DNA of 64,000 nucleotides, from positions 19,041 through 83,040 of the forward strand of contig CAIUMM010000040.1 in assembly GCA_903900265.1 (NCBI GenBank), written 5' to 3'. Below are positions 28,354-38,016 of this stretch, piece by piece. The notes beneath the pieces were generated by a model. The model was not told the origin of the DNA. It ran no database searches and was given only the letters and a program-made list of their open reading frames with translations. Numbering within the stretch: the first letter of the stretch is position 1; each line of letters begins with the position of its first letter. The DNA is from an uncultured Pseudomonadota bacterium. GTDB taxonomy: Bacteria; Myxococcota_A; UBA796; SXON01. The position numbers were made by a program, and so were the translations under genes.

Positions 28354-29010
28354 CTACTCGCCGTCGTCGATGAACACCAGCCGACGGGGCCGTGACTGGT
28401 GGCCCAGTGGCTTCAGGGGTTTGCCCTGAAACTGGAGCTCCAGACCATCGAGGGTCTCCAACTCGATGCTGACCTTGTCGCGACCGCCGAACGTCATGCC
28501 CTTACCGGGCTTCAACGCCTCAGCGAACCGCATCTCACCGTCCACAAATACCCGCAAGCGAATCGCCTCTTCGACGTCCACCTTCACGGAGAGGTCGGTG
28601 GGCTCTCCAACCGCCGCGGTCTCCGTTGGCGCCGCCGCCCCAAAAAGCTTGATCAGCGCCAGCAATACGAGCGCCGATGCCCCGCCTACCGCCGCGGTTT
28701 GGTACGCACGCCTGCGGGAAGCCGAGGAGGGATGCGCCGGGCTGGTCACGGTCAAAACTGGGGATCCGTCCTCCTCTTCCGCAGGGGCGACGACGCGCGT
28801 GCCCGCGGGCGCGACCTCAGGAAGATCGAGCAGCACTCTGTACTTTTTGGTAAATCCAAGCAGGAATGGCCCGGACGGGAACGCCGTCAAGTCATCCTTC
28901 TCAAGCGCTTCGAGGTAGCGCGGGTTGATGCGCGTGCGCGCGCTGACCTCAGCGAGGGTCCAGCCCTTGGCTTCCCGGGCAGCACGGAGCTGTTGACCTT
29001 GAGTGCTCAT
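28354..29010 (-). CDS. RodZ-like protein (HTH, TM helix, DUF4115-like C-terminal domain)
   Basis: GQQLRAAREAKG...TRINPRYLEALE...GFTKKY HTH, single TM helix. Confidence 0.8.
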   Translation of the reverse strand: MSTQGQQLRAAREAKGWTLAEVSARTRINPRYLEALEKDDLTAFPSGPFLLGFTKKYRVLLDLPEVAPAGTRVVAPAEEEDGSPVLTVTSPAHPSSASRRRAYQTAAVGGASALVLLALIKLFGAAAPTETAAVGEPTDLSVKVDVEEAIRLRVFVDGEMRFAEALKPGKGMTFGGRDKVSIELETLDGLELQFQGKPLKPLGHQSRPRRLVFIDDGE

Positions 29011-29771
29011 GAGCCCGTCAGGCAGGCCCGGGCCTGATCACCAAGCGGCGTACCGCGCATCTTCTCCACCAGCTGCCGCAGCGCGTCCCGGCCAAGCTCG
29101 GGGGCGTCTCCCTTGGCTTGCAGGCACGCCACCCGCACATCGGCGCCTTGCGCGTCGGCCGGGCAGTTCGCCTTCAAGCCATCGTAGGCGGCGACCGCAT
29201 TGTCGGGATGTCCCAGCTTTTCTTCCGCGAGGCCGAGGTGAAACCAGCCCTGACAGAGCGTAGGCGCGCGACGCGTCGCCTCCCGCGCGCTCTCCACGGC
29301 CTTCGCGTAGTCGCCGTTCTCCACGTAGGCGAGCGAGAGATTGGAAAGGACCAACGCCACATTCCGGTACTCAAGATCCCCCATCGCGCGGGTGAACAGC
29401 GCGATCGCCGCGGTGTTGTCTCCCCGGCGGAGCTTCATGGCGCCATAATTGACGAGGATCTCCGCCTCGTCCGGCTTGATCCGAAGCGCCCGCTTGAACT
29501 CGGCCTCGGCTTCCTCAGGGAGACCTTTGGAGAGGTACGCAACGGCGAGCAGGTTGGCCGCACGCCAGTTGCGCGGATCCTGCTCCTCCGCCCTGCGCAG
29601 CGCCTCAATCGCAGCCTCGGGGTTTCCCTCCCGGTAGTACGCAGCCGCGAGCTCGGTCTGCGCAGCGGCACGCTCGGCGTTTTTGACCGATACACAGCCC
29701 ACAAGCCCAGCGAGCGCTGAACCCAAGACCACATACGAGAGCAAACCGATCAGAGCATGACGCATGAACAC
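29007..29771 (-). CDS. tgl: TPR lipoprotein, type IV pilus pilotin Tgl/PilF/PilW-like
   Basis: Lipobox LVGC; TPRs with LAAAYY, ILVNYGA, YRNVALVLSNL; extra Cys residues; upstream of a rodZ-like gene as for pilF/pilW. Confidence 0.7.
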   Translation of the reverse strand: MFMRHALIGLLSYVVLGSALAGLVGCVSVKNAERAAAQTELAAAYYREGNPEAAIEALRRAEEQDPRNWRAANLLAVAYLSKGLPEEAEAEFKRALRIKPDEAEILVNYGAMKLRRGDNTAAIALFTRAMGDLEYRNVALVLSNLSLAYVENGDYAKAVESAREATRRAPTLCQGWFHLGLAEEKLGHPDNAVAAYDGLKANCPADAQGADVRVACLQAKGDAPELGRDALRQLVEKMRGTPLGDQARACLTGS

Positions 29772-29777
29772 CTCGAA

Positions 29778-30638
29778 CTACACCGGCATGTACTTCCCAA
29801 TCAACGGGGCGAGCGCGCGGCGCGTCTCTGCGGTCACCGCACCCGGCTGGGTGAGGATCGCCGTGGCTAGCGCGTTCGATTGGGGCGAAGGCTGATTGTA
29901 AGCGAGGATCTGGGGAACAACGTTCCGAACCACCTGCTTGGCCAGCGCAGCGTTCTGGTGCAGGACCGCGACCACCTGATCGACCGTGACCGCATCGTGA
30001 TCGGGGTGCCAGCAGTCGTAGTCCGTCGCCATCGCGATGGTGGCGTAGGACATCTCCGCTTCCCGGGCGAGCTTGGCCTCCGGCATGTTGGTCATGCCGA
30101 TGACGCTCGCGCCCCAGGAGCGATGCAAATTGGACTCGGCGCGCGTAGAGAACGCAGGTCCTTCCATACAAACGTACGTACCGCCGTCATGAACCTTCGC
30201 GCCAGCCTCGCGGGCTGCCTGCAACAAGAAGCCACGGAGGACGCCGCAGACCGGGTCCCCAAACGCCACGTGCGCCACAAGGCCCTTCTCGAAGAAGGTG
30301 TTCTGACGCTTGAAGGTCTTGTCGATGAACTGATCGACGACGACGATGTGCCCAGGAGCGATGTCCCCGCGCAGGGAGCCGACAGCGCTCACGGAGACGA
30401 TCCACTCCACACCGACCTGCTTCAACGCGAAGATATTGGCGCGATAGTTGACCTCGGAGGGGTTGAACCGGTGGCCACGCCCATGACGCGGGAGGAACAC
30501 GAGCTCCACCCCACCGTAGGTGCCGATGATCAGGTTGTCCGAAGGCTCACCGTAGGGCGTGGACACGCGCTCTTCACGAACGTTCTCGAGGCCGTCCATC
30601 TCGTACAGGCCGCTTCCGCCGATCACACCGATTCTCAT
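29778..30638 (-). CDS. mtnP: S-methyl-5'-thioadenosine phosphorylase
   Basis: IGVIGGSGLY, LPRHGRGH, EGPAFSTRAES, GMTNMPEAKLARE, ATDYDCW. Confidence 0.95.
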   Translation of the reverse strand: MRIGVIGGSGLYEMDGLENVREERVSTPYGEPSDNLIIGTYGGVELVFLPRHGRGHRFNPSEVNYRANIFALKQVGVEWIVSVSAVGSLRGDIAPGHIVVVDQFIDKTFKRQNTFFEKGLVAHVAFGDPVCGVLRGFLLQAAREAGAKVHDGGTYVCMEGPAFSTRAESNLHRSWGASVIGMTNMPEAKLAREAEMSYATIAMATDYDCWHPDHDAVTVDQVVAVLHQNAALAKQVVRNVVPQILAYNQPSPQSNALATAILTQPGAVTAETRRALAPLIGKYMPV

Positions 30639-30700
30639 GACTACTCCAAGAATGACATCGCGAGGCTAACGCAGCGCACCGAACCCTGACGGCTGAACCC

Positions 30701-31039
30701 TCAGAAGAGAGAGCCGGCGCCAGACCCGTTCGCTACCGCCAGCGCGGAGTTAGGATCCGCGAACCGGTACACGGTGCTGCCTTTAGGGACAAGCAGGAGA
30801 TCCTCCGCAGCCGCGCGACGTAGGGTCGCCTCATCGTTGCGCAGCTGGTCCACTTCACGTTGCAGGCGCGCTACGTCGGCGTCGATCTCGTCACGATGCC
30901 GATTGGCAGCGCTTAGCTCTGCCTCAATGCGCTGCGCGTGCAACCACCCGCTGCTTCCAAAAACCGCGAAGTAGCAAAGCGCTACGATCGCGCCGGCCGG
31001 CAGCAGGGTGAACGCGAAAAAGCGTGTGAGTACAGGCAT
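30701..31039 (-). CDS. ftsB: Septum formation initiator FtsB/DivIC-like protein
   Basis: TM helix, FGSSGW, coiled coil, AAEDLLLVPKGSTVYRF ending. Start 31039 or 31054. Confidence 0.7.
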   Translation of the reverse strand: MPVLTRFFAFTLLPAGAIVALCYFAVFGSSGWLHAQRIEAELSAANRHRDEIDADVARLQREVDQLRNDEATLRRAAAEDLLLVPKGSTVYRFADPNSALAVANGSGAGSLF

Positions 31040-31128
31040 GAATGACCGCCCCATGAAGTATCCGTTGTCTGTTGACACGGCAAGGGGGAAAATTGGAAGA
31101 ATCAGGGGTGCCAACACCGGATCAACGA

Positions 31129-32568
31129 CTACGACGCCCCGCGCCCCCGGAGCACCGCCGGCACCGTCTTCACGAGGATCTGGAGATCCAGCCACAACGA
31201 CCAGTTCTGGATGTACGCGATGTCGAGCCGCACCATGTCCACAAACCCGAGGTTTGACCTGCCGGACACCTGCCAAAGCCCGGTTATTCCAGGTACTACC
31301 TTAGACCGCTGGTCAAACCAGTACCGCAGCTCCGGATCGTGCTCGATGCCGATGAGGTCCTCCGCCGGCAATGCGCGCGGCCCGACGAGGTTCATGTCTC
31401 CCCGAAGCACGTTGAGCAGCTGCGGCAGTTCATCGATGCTGTACTTCCGGATGAACCTACCAAAACGAGTGATGCGAGGATCGGCTGCGATCTTGAACAG
31501 GCGCCCGTCGGCCTCGTTCTGGCCGCGCAGCCCGTCTTTGAGCTCCTCCGCGTTCACCACCATCGATCGAAACTTGTAGAACCCAAAGGTTCGACCGCCC
31601 TTCCCGACCCGCTTCCCGACGTAGAACACCGGTCCACCATCTTGCAGCTTGATCGCGAGGCAGACCAGAAGCACCGGGGCCAGAATCAGCGCCCCCCCAA
31701 GCAGGACGGCGAGCAGGTCAAACACCCGCTTCACCTGCGCGCCGAGCGTCGGGTAACGAATACCCACGAGATCGATGAGATCGAGGTCCCCAATCCGCGC
31801 GAACCCGACGCGCGGGCTCACCGCGCCCCACGAATAGGGCGCTTGCAGCACCCGCAGCCCCATGCCGTCCGCCTGCACCGCCAACTTCAACGCATCCGGC
31901 CTCGCGATTTGTCGGGTGGCGAGGATCACGAGGCCAATGTCTTTGGCGTTGACCAGCGCGGCCAGATCGTCGATCGAGCCGAGGATCTGGTCCGCAGGCA
32001 CCGCAGCCTCTCCCGACGCCGCCGTGCGCAGAAAACCGGCCACCGTGCACACATGGCGCGCGTGCCGTCGCAGGTGCTCGGACATCGCAGCGCCGTCCTC
32101 GCCGATGCCGACGATCAGCGCCCGTGCAGCCGTAGGCGGGGTCTCCAGCCGCAGCAACAGGCGAAAGGTCAGCAGCCGAGCGACCGCGAGCCAGAGCCAG
32201 GAAAATAGCAGAAACGGTACGACGAGCCCTTTCGGATACACGTGCTCCGCGAACAAGAAGTTCGCGAAAATGGTGAACACCGCCATCGCCAACGCAGAGC
32301 GGCTCACCCCGGAGATGATGTTGACGCTGGACCCCATGCGGCCCGGATCGTGCAGTCCGAGCTGTCGAAGCGCGAACAGCCAGACCAGGATGCAGACCAT
32401 CCCGGACGGCATCCATGGGTTCGGGAGCAGCAGCTCCCACAGCTTCACCTGAACAAGGCGCTGCAGGTTTGGCGCCAGCCACAGCCACGCCACCCATCCC
32501 GACGCGAGGCCGAGGAGCACGCAGCACGCATCGAGAAATGCGAGACTTAGGCCGATCCCACGACTCAT
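31129..32568 (-). CDS. Polyprenyl-phosphate priming sugar transferase (WcaJ/WbaP family)
   Basis: KRVFD, YKFRSM, DPRIT, SIDELPQLLNVLRGDMNLVGPR, PGITGLWQVSGR. Confidence 0.92.
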   Translation of the reverse strand: MSRGIGLSLAFLDACCVLLGLASGWVAWLWLAPNLQRLVQVKLWELLLPNPWMPSGMVCILVWLFALRQLGLHDPGRMGSSVNIISGVSRSALAMAVFTIFANFLFAEHVYPKGLVVPFLLFSWLWLAVARLLTFRLLLRLETPPTAARALIVGIGEDGAAMSEHLRRHARHVCTVAGFLRTAASGEAAVPADQILGSIDDLAALVNAKDIGLVILATRQIARPDALKLAVQADGMGLRVLQAPYSWGAVSPRVGFARIGDLDLIDLVGIRYPTLGAQVKRVFDLLAVLLGGALILAPVLLVCLAIKLQDGGPVFYVGKRVGKGGRTFGFYKFRSMVVNAEELKDGLRGQNEADGRLFKIAADPRITRFGRFIRKYSIDELPQLLNVLRGDMNLVGPRALPAEDLIGIEHDPELRYWFDQRSKVVPGITGLWQVSGRSNLGFVDMVRLDIAYIQNWSLWLDLQILVKTVPAVLRGRGAS

Positions 32569-32574
32569 GGCGCG

Positions 32575-33345
32575 CTAGTTCCCGCCCCCCACCGACTTGC
32601 CGTAGAGCACATTACGATAGATCGTCGACCCGCTCACAGCAGGCCCAATAATCGAGCTTATACGCTGAAAGAAACGCTGCACATTGGTGATGGTTTTGGG
32701 AGGGACCACCACGATGTCCCCCCGCTGCAGATAGACCATCTGCTCGAGGTCGCCCTCTCGAAAGATGGCGTCTACGTTCACCGTGTAGAGCTTGGGCTTC
32801 TCGAGCCCGCCGCGAATCAACAGCACGTTGCTGGTGTGCGCGTCCTGGCTGATGCCGCCCGCGCGCACGATCGCCTCGAGGATCGACAGATCGTTGGTGA
32901 TCTGCATCACCATCGGATTCGGGACCTCTCCGAGGACGAGCACCTTCTGGTTGGTGACGGCGGTGATGTTCACCGCCACCTGCGCGTCAACGTAGTACTT
33001 GCCGATGCCTTCCTGCATGACCTTGACCACCTCGTCATAGGTCATACCCGCGATCTGCAGGCGACCAACGAGCGGAAAGCTGATCGCCCCGTCGGGCGCT
33101 ACCGTCAGCTCCATCGTCAGATCCTCGTGTCGCCACACGGTGACCTTCAGCGAGTCTCCCGCGCCGAAGGTGAACCCCCCCGACGGAGGCAGCGCGATGT
33201 CCACATCGGCCTCAGCGACGTTCTCGGGGCGGTTCTTCGGAGCGCACCCTGAGGCGGGGAGCACCGCGAACAAGAACGCTCCGAGCGCCGCGAACCGAAG
33301 CAACGCCGGGGGAGCGAAAGAGCGTGTAAAACAAGGAAAGCGCAT
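32575..33345 (-). CDS. wza: Polysaccharide export lipoprotein (OPX/Wza)
   Basis: Lipobox ASGC; GDSLKVTVW...PDGAISFPLVG; SLBB VLGEV; LQRGDIVVVP; C-terminal amphipathic helix. Confidence 0.88.
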   Translation of the reverse strand: MRFPCFTRSFAPPALLRFAALGAFLFAVLPASGCAPKNRPENVAEADVDIALPPSGGFTFGAGDSLKVTVWRHEDLTMELTVAPDGAISFPLVGRLQIAGMTYDEVVKVMQEGIGKYYVDAQVAVNITAVTNQKVLVLGEVPNPMVMQITNDLSILEAIVRAGGISQDAHTSNVLLIRGGLEKPKLYTVNVDAIFREGDLEQMVYLQRGDIVVVPPKTITNVQRFFQRISSIIGPAVSGSTIYRNVLYGKSVGGGN

Positions 33346-33493
33346 GGTGCCGGCAGGTAGCCGGGTTCTACCCGTTCCGTCAACGGGAGATGCCGGTCAG
33401 AAAACATCTAGGTGCTTGGCAAGGGGGCTCCGTCACGGCTATACGGTCGGCCCTTCATGCCGGCTTCCCCGGGTACGAAGGGGTCGAAGGCCT

Positions 33494-35614
33494 ATGGAAC
33501 TCCTCAAAGTCTGGAACGCTCTGCTTCGGCGGAAATGGATCTTCCTTCAAGCCGTCGTGTTTTTTACTGTGGGCACGGCGCTGCTCGCGTTGGTGCTCCC
33601 CAAGCACTACGTCTCGGCGGCCAAAATCAGCGTCTCGACGTCGTCGACCTCGCTCTCGATCCTGGGAGACCTTGATCTGGGCGAGATGGCCTCCGCGCTG
33701 AACGGCTCCAGCGACGACATGGAGACGAAGATGGCGCTGGCGCAGATGCGCCCTGTGCTCGAAGAGGTGGTGTGGCGGCTGCAGCTGCGGGACATGTACG
33801 GCAAGCTGATCTCGCCCGAAAAGCTGCTCGCCCCAGGCATCGACGGATCGATCCTCGCCATGCCGGTGATGAGCATCGAGCAGGCACAAGGCACCGACAT
33901 CCTCGTCGTGAGCGGCGAGGCCAACACGCCGGAGCTCGCTTCGCTGGTGGCCGACACCACCGTCGAAGTGTTCTTGAAGCTGTCGGTGGACTCTGCCAAA
34001 GCCGACACGAAAGAGGCGCTCACCTTCGTAAAGGGGCAGTTGGACGAGCTCTCGGCTCAGTTTGACAGCGACTTAGCGAACCTCGCCTCGGGGCAAATCG
34101 CCGAGTCGGTGATCGAACTGGACAGCGAGACCAAGGGCGCAGTCGCCCGGGTGAACACGCTCATCGGCGAACTGAACTCGACCAACGCGGAGATCCGCGA
34201 TGTCGCCGCCCAGCTCCGCGAGCGCGGCGAGCAAAACCTGCGCGAGACGCCCGACCTCGTCGCGCCCTCGTCCACGGCGTCGAACAGCACGCTGAAGTCG
34301 CTCCGCGACAAGCTGACCGATCTTCGCTTGGGGCGGAGCACCGCTGCGCTGGACAAGACCGAGATTCATCCCGACGTCATCGCGCTGGACAAGCAGATTC
34401 AGGCGGTGCTGAAGGAGATCGAAGCCGCGCAGCGGGAGTCCCACGAGCTGGATCCCGCCATGGAGAACCTTCAGGTGCAGCTTGCGGGTCTCACCCAGCG
34501 CAAGAACGAGCTGATCGACACCCTCGGAACCACGGTGCAAGACGGCGCCGCGCTCCCTGAAAAAATGAGGAAGCTCGCCAAGCTCCAGCTTGCGGTGTCC
34601 GCGACCCAGTCGGTCTACGAGTCGCTGCTCGAGCAGCAGTACCAGATCGCCGTGGCCGAAGCGATGACCGTCTCGGACATGAAGCTCGTCGAAGCATCCA
34701 AGATGGCTGACAAGCCCGACTCGCCGAAGCTGCTGGTCTTCACCATCCTCGGCGCTTTTGTCGGCGTTTGCGCAGGTGCCGCGTTGGTGTTCCTGCTCGA
34801 ATACGTCGACGACTCGGTGCGCACCCAAGACGACGTCCGCATCGTGTGGCACGTGCCCGTGCTCGGCTTCATCCCGCGCTACAAGCTGAAGACCGGTCGC
34901 TTCATCGACTCGGTACCGCCCACCGACCCGCTGAGCGAGAGCTACCGCGCCATCCGCTCGGGCATCGCGTTTGCCGGCGTCGATCAAGCCATAAACATCC
35001 TGACGGTCACATCGTGTGCGCCGAGCGAAGGAAAGAGCACCTTCTGCACCAACCTCGCGATCGTGCTCGCCGCGGACGGAAAACGCGTGGTGGTGGTGGA
35101 CTGTGACCTTCGGCGTCCGACCCAGCATAAAGCATTCTCGATGCTGACCAACCGGGTCGGCGTTTGTGACGTGCTGGCAGGAACGACCGCGCTGAACGAT
35201 GCGCTGCAAGCAACGCCGGTGGCGAACTTCTCGGTGTTGACTACCGGTCCCCTGCCCTCAAACCCCGGCCGGCTTGTCGAGAGCCTGCGTCTGCGCTCGA
35301 TGGTCGCCGAGCTCGCGCGCAGCTTCGACATGGTCATCGTCGATGCGCCCCCGATGCTCGCCGTGTCCGACGCCGTGGCGCTCGCCCGAGCGAGCAAAGG
35401 CCTGATCATGGTCGTGGAGTCGGGTAAAACCACGCGCCGCATGCTGACGGACGTGCGCGCCCGGCTCGAAGGCGCTGCCCTGGAGCCGATCGGGATCGTG
35501 CTCAACAAGGTGGATCCGCGCTCCGGGAGCTACGGCTACTATCGCAAGTACGCGCAGCACTACTCGAAGGCGGTCGCCGACAACGAGCAAACCCGCGTGG
35601 GAGACGCGTCGTGA
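33494..35614 (+). CDS. wzc: Polysaccharide co-polymerase/BY tyrosine kinase (Wzc)
   Basis: Two TM helices around a coiled coil; PSEGKST, VDCDLRRP, IVDAPP; Tyr cluster YGYYRKYAQHY. ATG at 33494. Confidence 0.9.
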   Translation: MELLKVWNALLRRKWIFLQAVVFFTVGTALLALVLPKHYVSAAKISVSTSSTSLSILGDLDLGEMASALNGSSDDMETKMALAQMRPVLEEVVWRLQLRDMYGKLISPEKLLAPGIDGSILAMPVMSIEQAQGTDILVVSGEANTPELASLVADTTVEVFLKLSVDSAKADTKEALTFVKGQLDELSAQFDSDLANLASGQIAESVIELDSETKGAVARVNTLIGELNSTNAEIRDVAAQLRERGEQNLRETPDLVAPSSTASNSTLKSLRDKLTDLRLGRSTAALDKTEIHPDVIALDKQIQAVLKEIEAAQRESHELDPAMENLQVQLAGLTQRKNELIDTLGTTVQDGAALPEKMRKLAKLQLAVSATQSVYESLLEQQYQIAVAEAMTVSDMKLVEASKMADKPDSPKLLVFTILGAFVGVCAGAALVFLLEYVDDSVRTQDDVRIVWHVPVLGFIPRYKLKTGRFIDSVPPTDPLSESYRAIRSGIAFAGVDQAINILTVTSCAPSEGKSTFCTNLAIVLAADGKRVVVVDCDLRRPTQHKAFSMLTNRVGVCDVLAGTTALNDALQATPVANFSVLTTGPLPSNPGRLVESLRLRSMVAELARSFDMVIVDAPPMLAVSDAVALARASKGLIMVVESGKTTRRMLTDVRARLEGAALEPIGIVLNKVDPRSGSYGYYRKYAQHYSKAVADNEQTRVGDAS

Positions 35615-36162
35615 TGAAAACCCAGCTTGCGCTCACCGTGCTGATCGCCCTGACGGGCTGCGCTCCGGCCGCCGCAGACATCGCAAAGGCGATCTCCTCG
35701 GACAACCCGGTCATGCGCGAAGACGGCGCGAAGATCGCGCAGAACTACGACGACCCGGTCGTCTGGGATGCGCTGGTCAAGACGCTCCAAGACAGCTCCC
35801 AAAAAACAAAGCTGAACGCGATCGAGTCGCTCGCTTACACCGAGGCGAAGCCCGCGGGTCCACAGCTCATCGACGTGCTGAAAAACGATCCCGACCCTCG
35901 GGTGAAGCGTGCCGCTGCGGACGCGCTGGGTCGCCTGTGCATCCTCGAGAGCGCCCCCGCGCTAGTCGAGTACCTGAGCGGATTCTCGGCCGATGATCGC
36001 GAGCAGCTCGCCGGAATCTGGGCGCTGGGCAACCTCGGCGCGCAGGGTCTGGACGCAGAGACCAAGAAGATCGTCCTCGAGACGCTGGTGCAAAAGCGCG
36101 AAAGCACCACCGACAAGTACGTGCTGTACAGCGCCAACTACGCGCTTCGAACCCTGCGTTAG
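35611..36162 (+). CDS. HEAT-repeat lipoprotein
   Basis: Lipobox LTGC; DPDPRVKRAAADALGRL HEAT repeats; GTGA overlap with wzc. Confidence 0.8.
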   Translation: MMKTQLALTVLIALTGCAPAAADIAKAISSDNPVMREDGAKIAQNYDDPVVWDALVKTLQDSSQKTKLNAIESLAYTEAKPAGPQLIDVLKNDPDPRVKRAAADALGRLCILESAPALVEYLSGFSADDREQLAGIWALGNLGAQGLDAETKKIVLETLVQKRESTTDKYVLYSANYALRTLR

Positions 36163-37073
36163 ACGAGAGCCTCCTCGGGTTCAACAGGCCGCAGCGGCGG
36201 AAACCCGGGACGCCTGAGGTAGGCCGCGAAAAAGCCGTCGCAGGCTCCGTCACGCACACAAAAGCGGCATCCTTCGTCTTTGTGAAACGCGACGACATCG
36301 GGGAAAAACAGCAAGGCCCGAGCCTGCTGTCGGTCTGCGTCCACATACCAACGGTTTCCGCTCCGGCGCAGGTCAGCCCCGAGATCCCCGAGGTAGCACG
36401 CCGGCAGCCCCTTGATCGCACACGGGACGCCGGCTGCTTTCAGGATCGCTACCGCGGGACGCAGCGCCGCCACAGCGCGCGGCGCGGGCGGGAGCTCCCC
36501 GGGAGCGCCGCCGTCGACGGGGAACGGAAACGTGAAGGTGTGCCCGACTACGCACGCCGCCACCGCAGCGCGTGCGACGGCGGGCAAAAGCGCGAGCGAG
36601 CCGGCGTCCAGCACCGTGTTGGAGCTCGCGGCGAGCCCGATCGAGTGACACGCCGCGAGCGCATCGGCCGCAGTCACCAGCGCGCTGCCGCTCTCGCTCG
36701 GCTGGAGCGGCAACGTGACGAGATCAACCCGCGTATCTGCCCGTTGCACCGCCGCGAGGCGAAACCCCTCAAGGTCCTCGACCCCGGCGTGCAGCACGAT
36801 GCGCGACACGCCCGCATCCCGCGCTCCCCGAATCATCTCGCCTAAGTCCGGACGGCTCGCGACCCCGACCCCCGACAGCACGAGGCCGGTCACCGGCAAC
36901 CCCCGAGGCCCGCCGGCAGTAAAATAACGAACGTTGGCCACCACTTCTTCACAGGTCATCGACCGCGTAGGGACCGGTGCGCCCGCACGGACCCGACCGG
37001 GGTAGCTGCGTTGAACGCGGATTTGCACGACACGAGGGCGCTCCACAGCGCCAGAGCCCGTCCAGGTCAGCAC
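36159..37073 (-). CDS. Degenerate radical-SAM-fold protein lacking CX3CX2C, with a C-terminal Cys cluster
   Basis: LVLSG..VASRPDL..MIRGARDAG, NTVL, KGLPACYL, CRFCVRDGACDG. Start GTG 37073 (or 37085). Confidence 0.65.
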   Translation of the reverse strand: MLTWTGSGAVERPRVVQIRVQRSYPGRVRAGAPVPTRSMTCEEVVANVRYFTAGGPRGLPVTGLVLSGVGVASRPDLGEMIRGARDAGVSRIVLHAGVEDLEGFRLAAVQRADTRVDLVTLPLQPSESGSALVTAADALAACHSIGLAASSNTVLDAGSLALLPAVARAAVAACVVGHTFTFPFPVDGGAPGELPPAPRAVAALRPAVAILKAAGVPCAIKGLPACYLGDLGADLRRSGNRWYVDADRQQARALLFFPDVVAFHKDEGCRFCVRDGACDGFFAAYLRRPGFPPLRPVEPEEALV

Positions 37074-37933
37074 GAATCCCCCCACGTTCCTTCGGGGTCC
37101 TGCAACATCGCGTTCAGCCGCGTGAGGATGCGCCCGGCCATGACCCCATCGACGAGCCGATGGTCAAACATGAAGCCGACCGGCAACACCGTGCCGATGA
37201 CGATCTGCTCGACCCCTTGCGGATCCCGTTCGACCACCGCCGCGCGCTCCAACGGCGCCAAGCCGAAGATCGAGCCGATGTGGATGAGCTTCGATGGCGG
37301 TGAAAACGCGACCGAGCGAAAGCGCAGGCCGGGCGCATCTCCCAGCGCCGCGCCCACGTTGGTGATGAGCGTCGACAACGGGAACGTGCGAGCGAGCACT
37401 GCGGCTCCCGCGGGGTTGTGCGCGATGGAGGCCACCTGGGACAGCGCGAAGCGAAGCACGCGAGGACTGCGCTTTCCCAACTGCAAAATCGTTCGCACAA
37501 GGCCATTATCGCTCTTCCCCTCTCGCTCCTGGGCGACCTGCGGACGCAGGTTCTCGGCGACCTGACGCGGATTCAACGTATCGACGTCCCGAAGCACGAC
37601 CATCGAAAGCTCGCGATCGACGCCTGTTCCCAGCAGGTTGACGGGCATGACCACGTCGACGGTCGGCAAATGGTGGATGCGGTTGTGAAAAATCCGGGCG
37701 TTGATCACGGGGTATTCACGGAACAGCTTCCCGACGGCGGCGGTGAACACGTGCTGCGTCGTGATGCGCGCCCCTTCGCGCGCGTTTTGGACCGCGATCC
37801 AGGCCAGTACACGCTCCCAGCGCACATCGACGGTGGTCATCACATAGGGTTCTCCATGCGGAACGTCGAAGATCCAAAGCATGAACGAGCGCACGACGGA
37901 AGATGCGGCTGGGCGAGATGCAGCAGAGGTCAT
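37067..37933 (-). CDS. Stand-alone 2-oxoacid dehydrogenase E2-type acyltransferase catalytic domain
   Basis: FDHRLVDG catalytic motif, ITNVG, YPVINARI; no lipoyl domain. Confidence 0.82.
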   Translation of the reverse strand: MTSAASRPAASSVVRSFMLWIFDVPHGEPYVMTTVDVRWERVLAWIAVQNAREGARITTQHVFTAAVGKLFREYPVINARIFHNRIHHLPTVDVVMPVNLLGTGVDRELSMVVLRDVDTLNPRQVAENLRPQVAQEREGKSDNGLVRTILQLGKRSPRVLRFALSQVASIAHNPAGAAVLARTFPLSTLITNVGAALGDAPGLRFRSVAFSPPSKLIHIGSIFGLAPLERAAVVERDPQGVEQIVIGTVLPVGFMFDHRLVDGVMAGRILTRLNAMLQDPEGTWGDSC

Positions 37934-38016
37934 AGGCGCGGTGCTAACCCGCTCATCGTGCTACGATGCGCAACCGACGCGTCCGCGCGTTCCCCGTTAG
38001 CCGTGAGCGTTGATTC

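Noticed and set aside
31072-31102. Perfect TTGACA on the plus strand
   Set aside because: No properly spaced -10 box and it points antisense into the sugar transferase gene.
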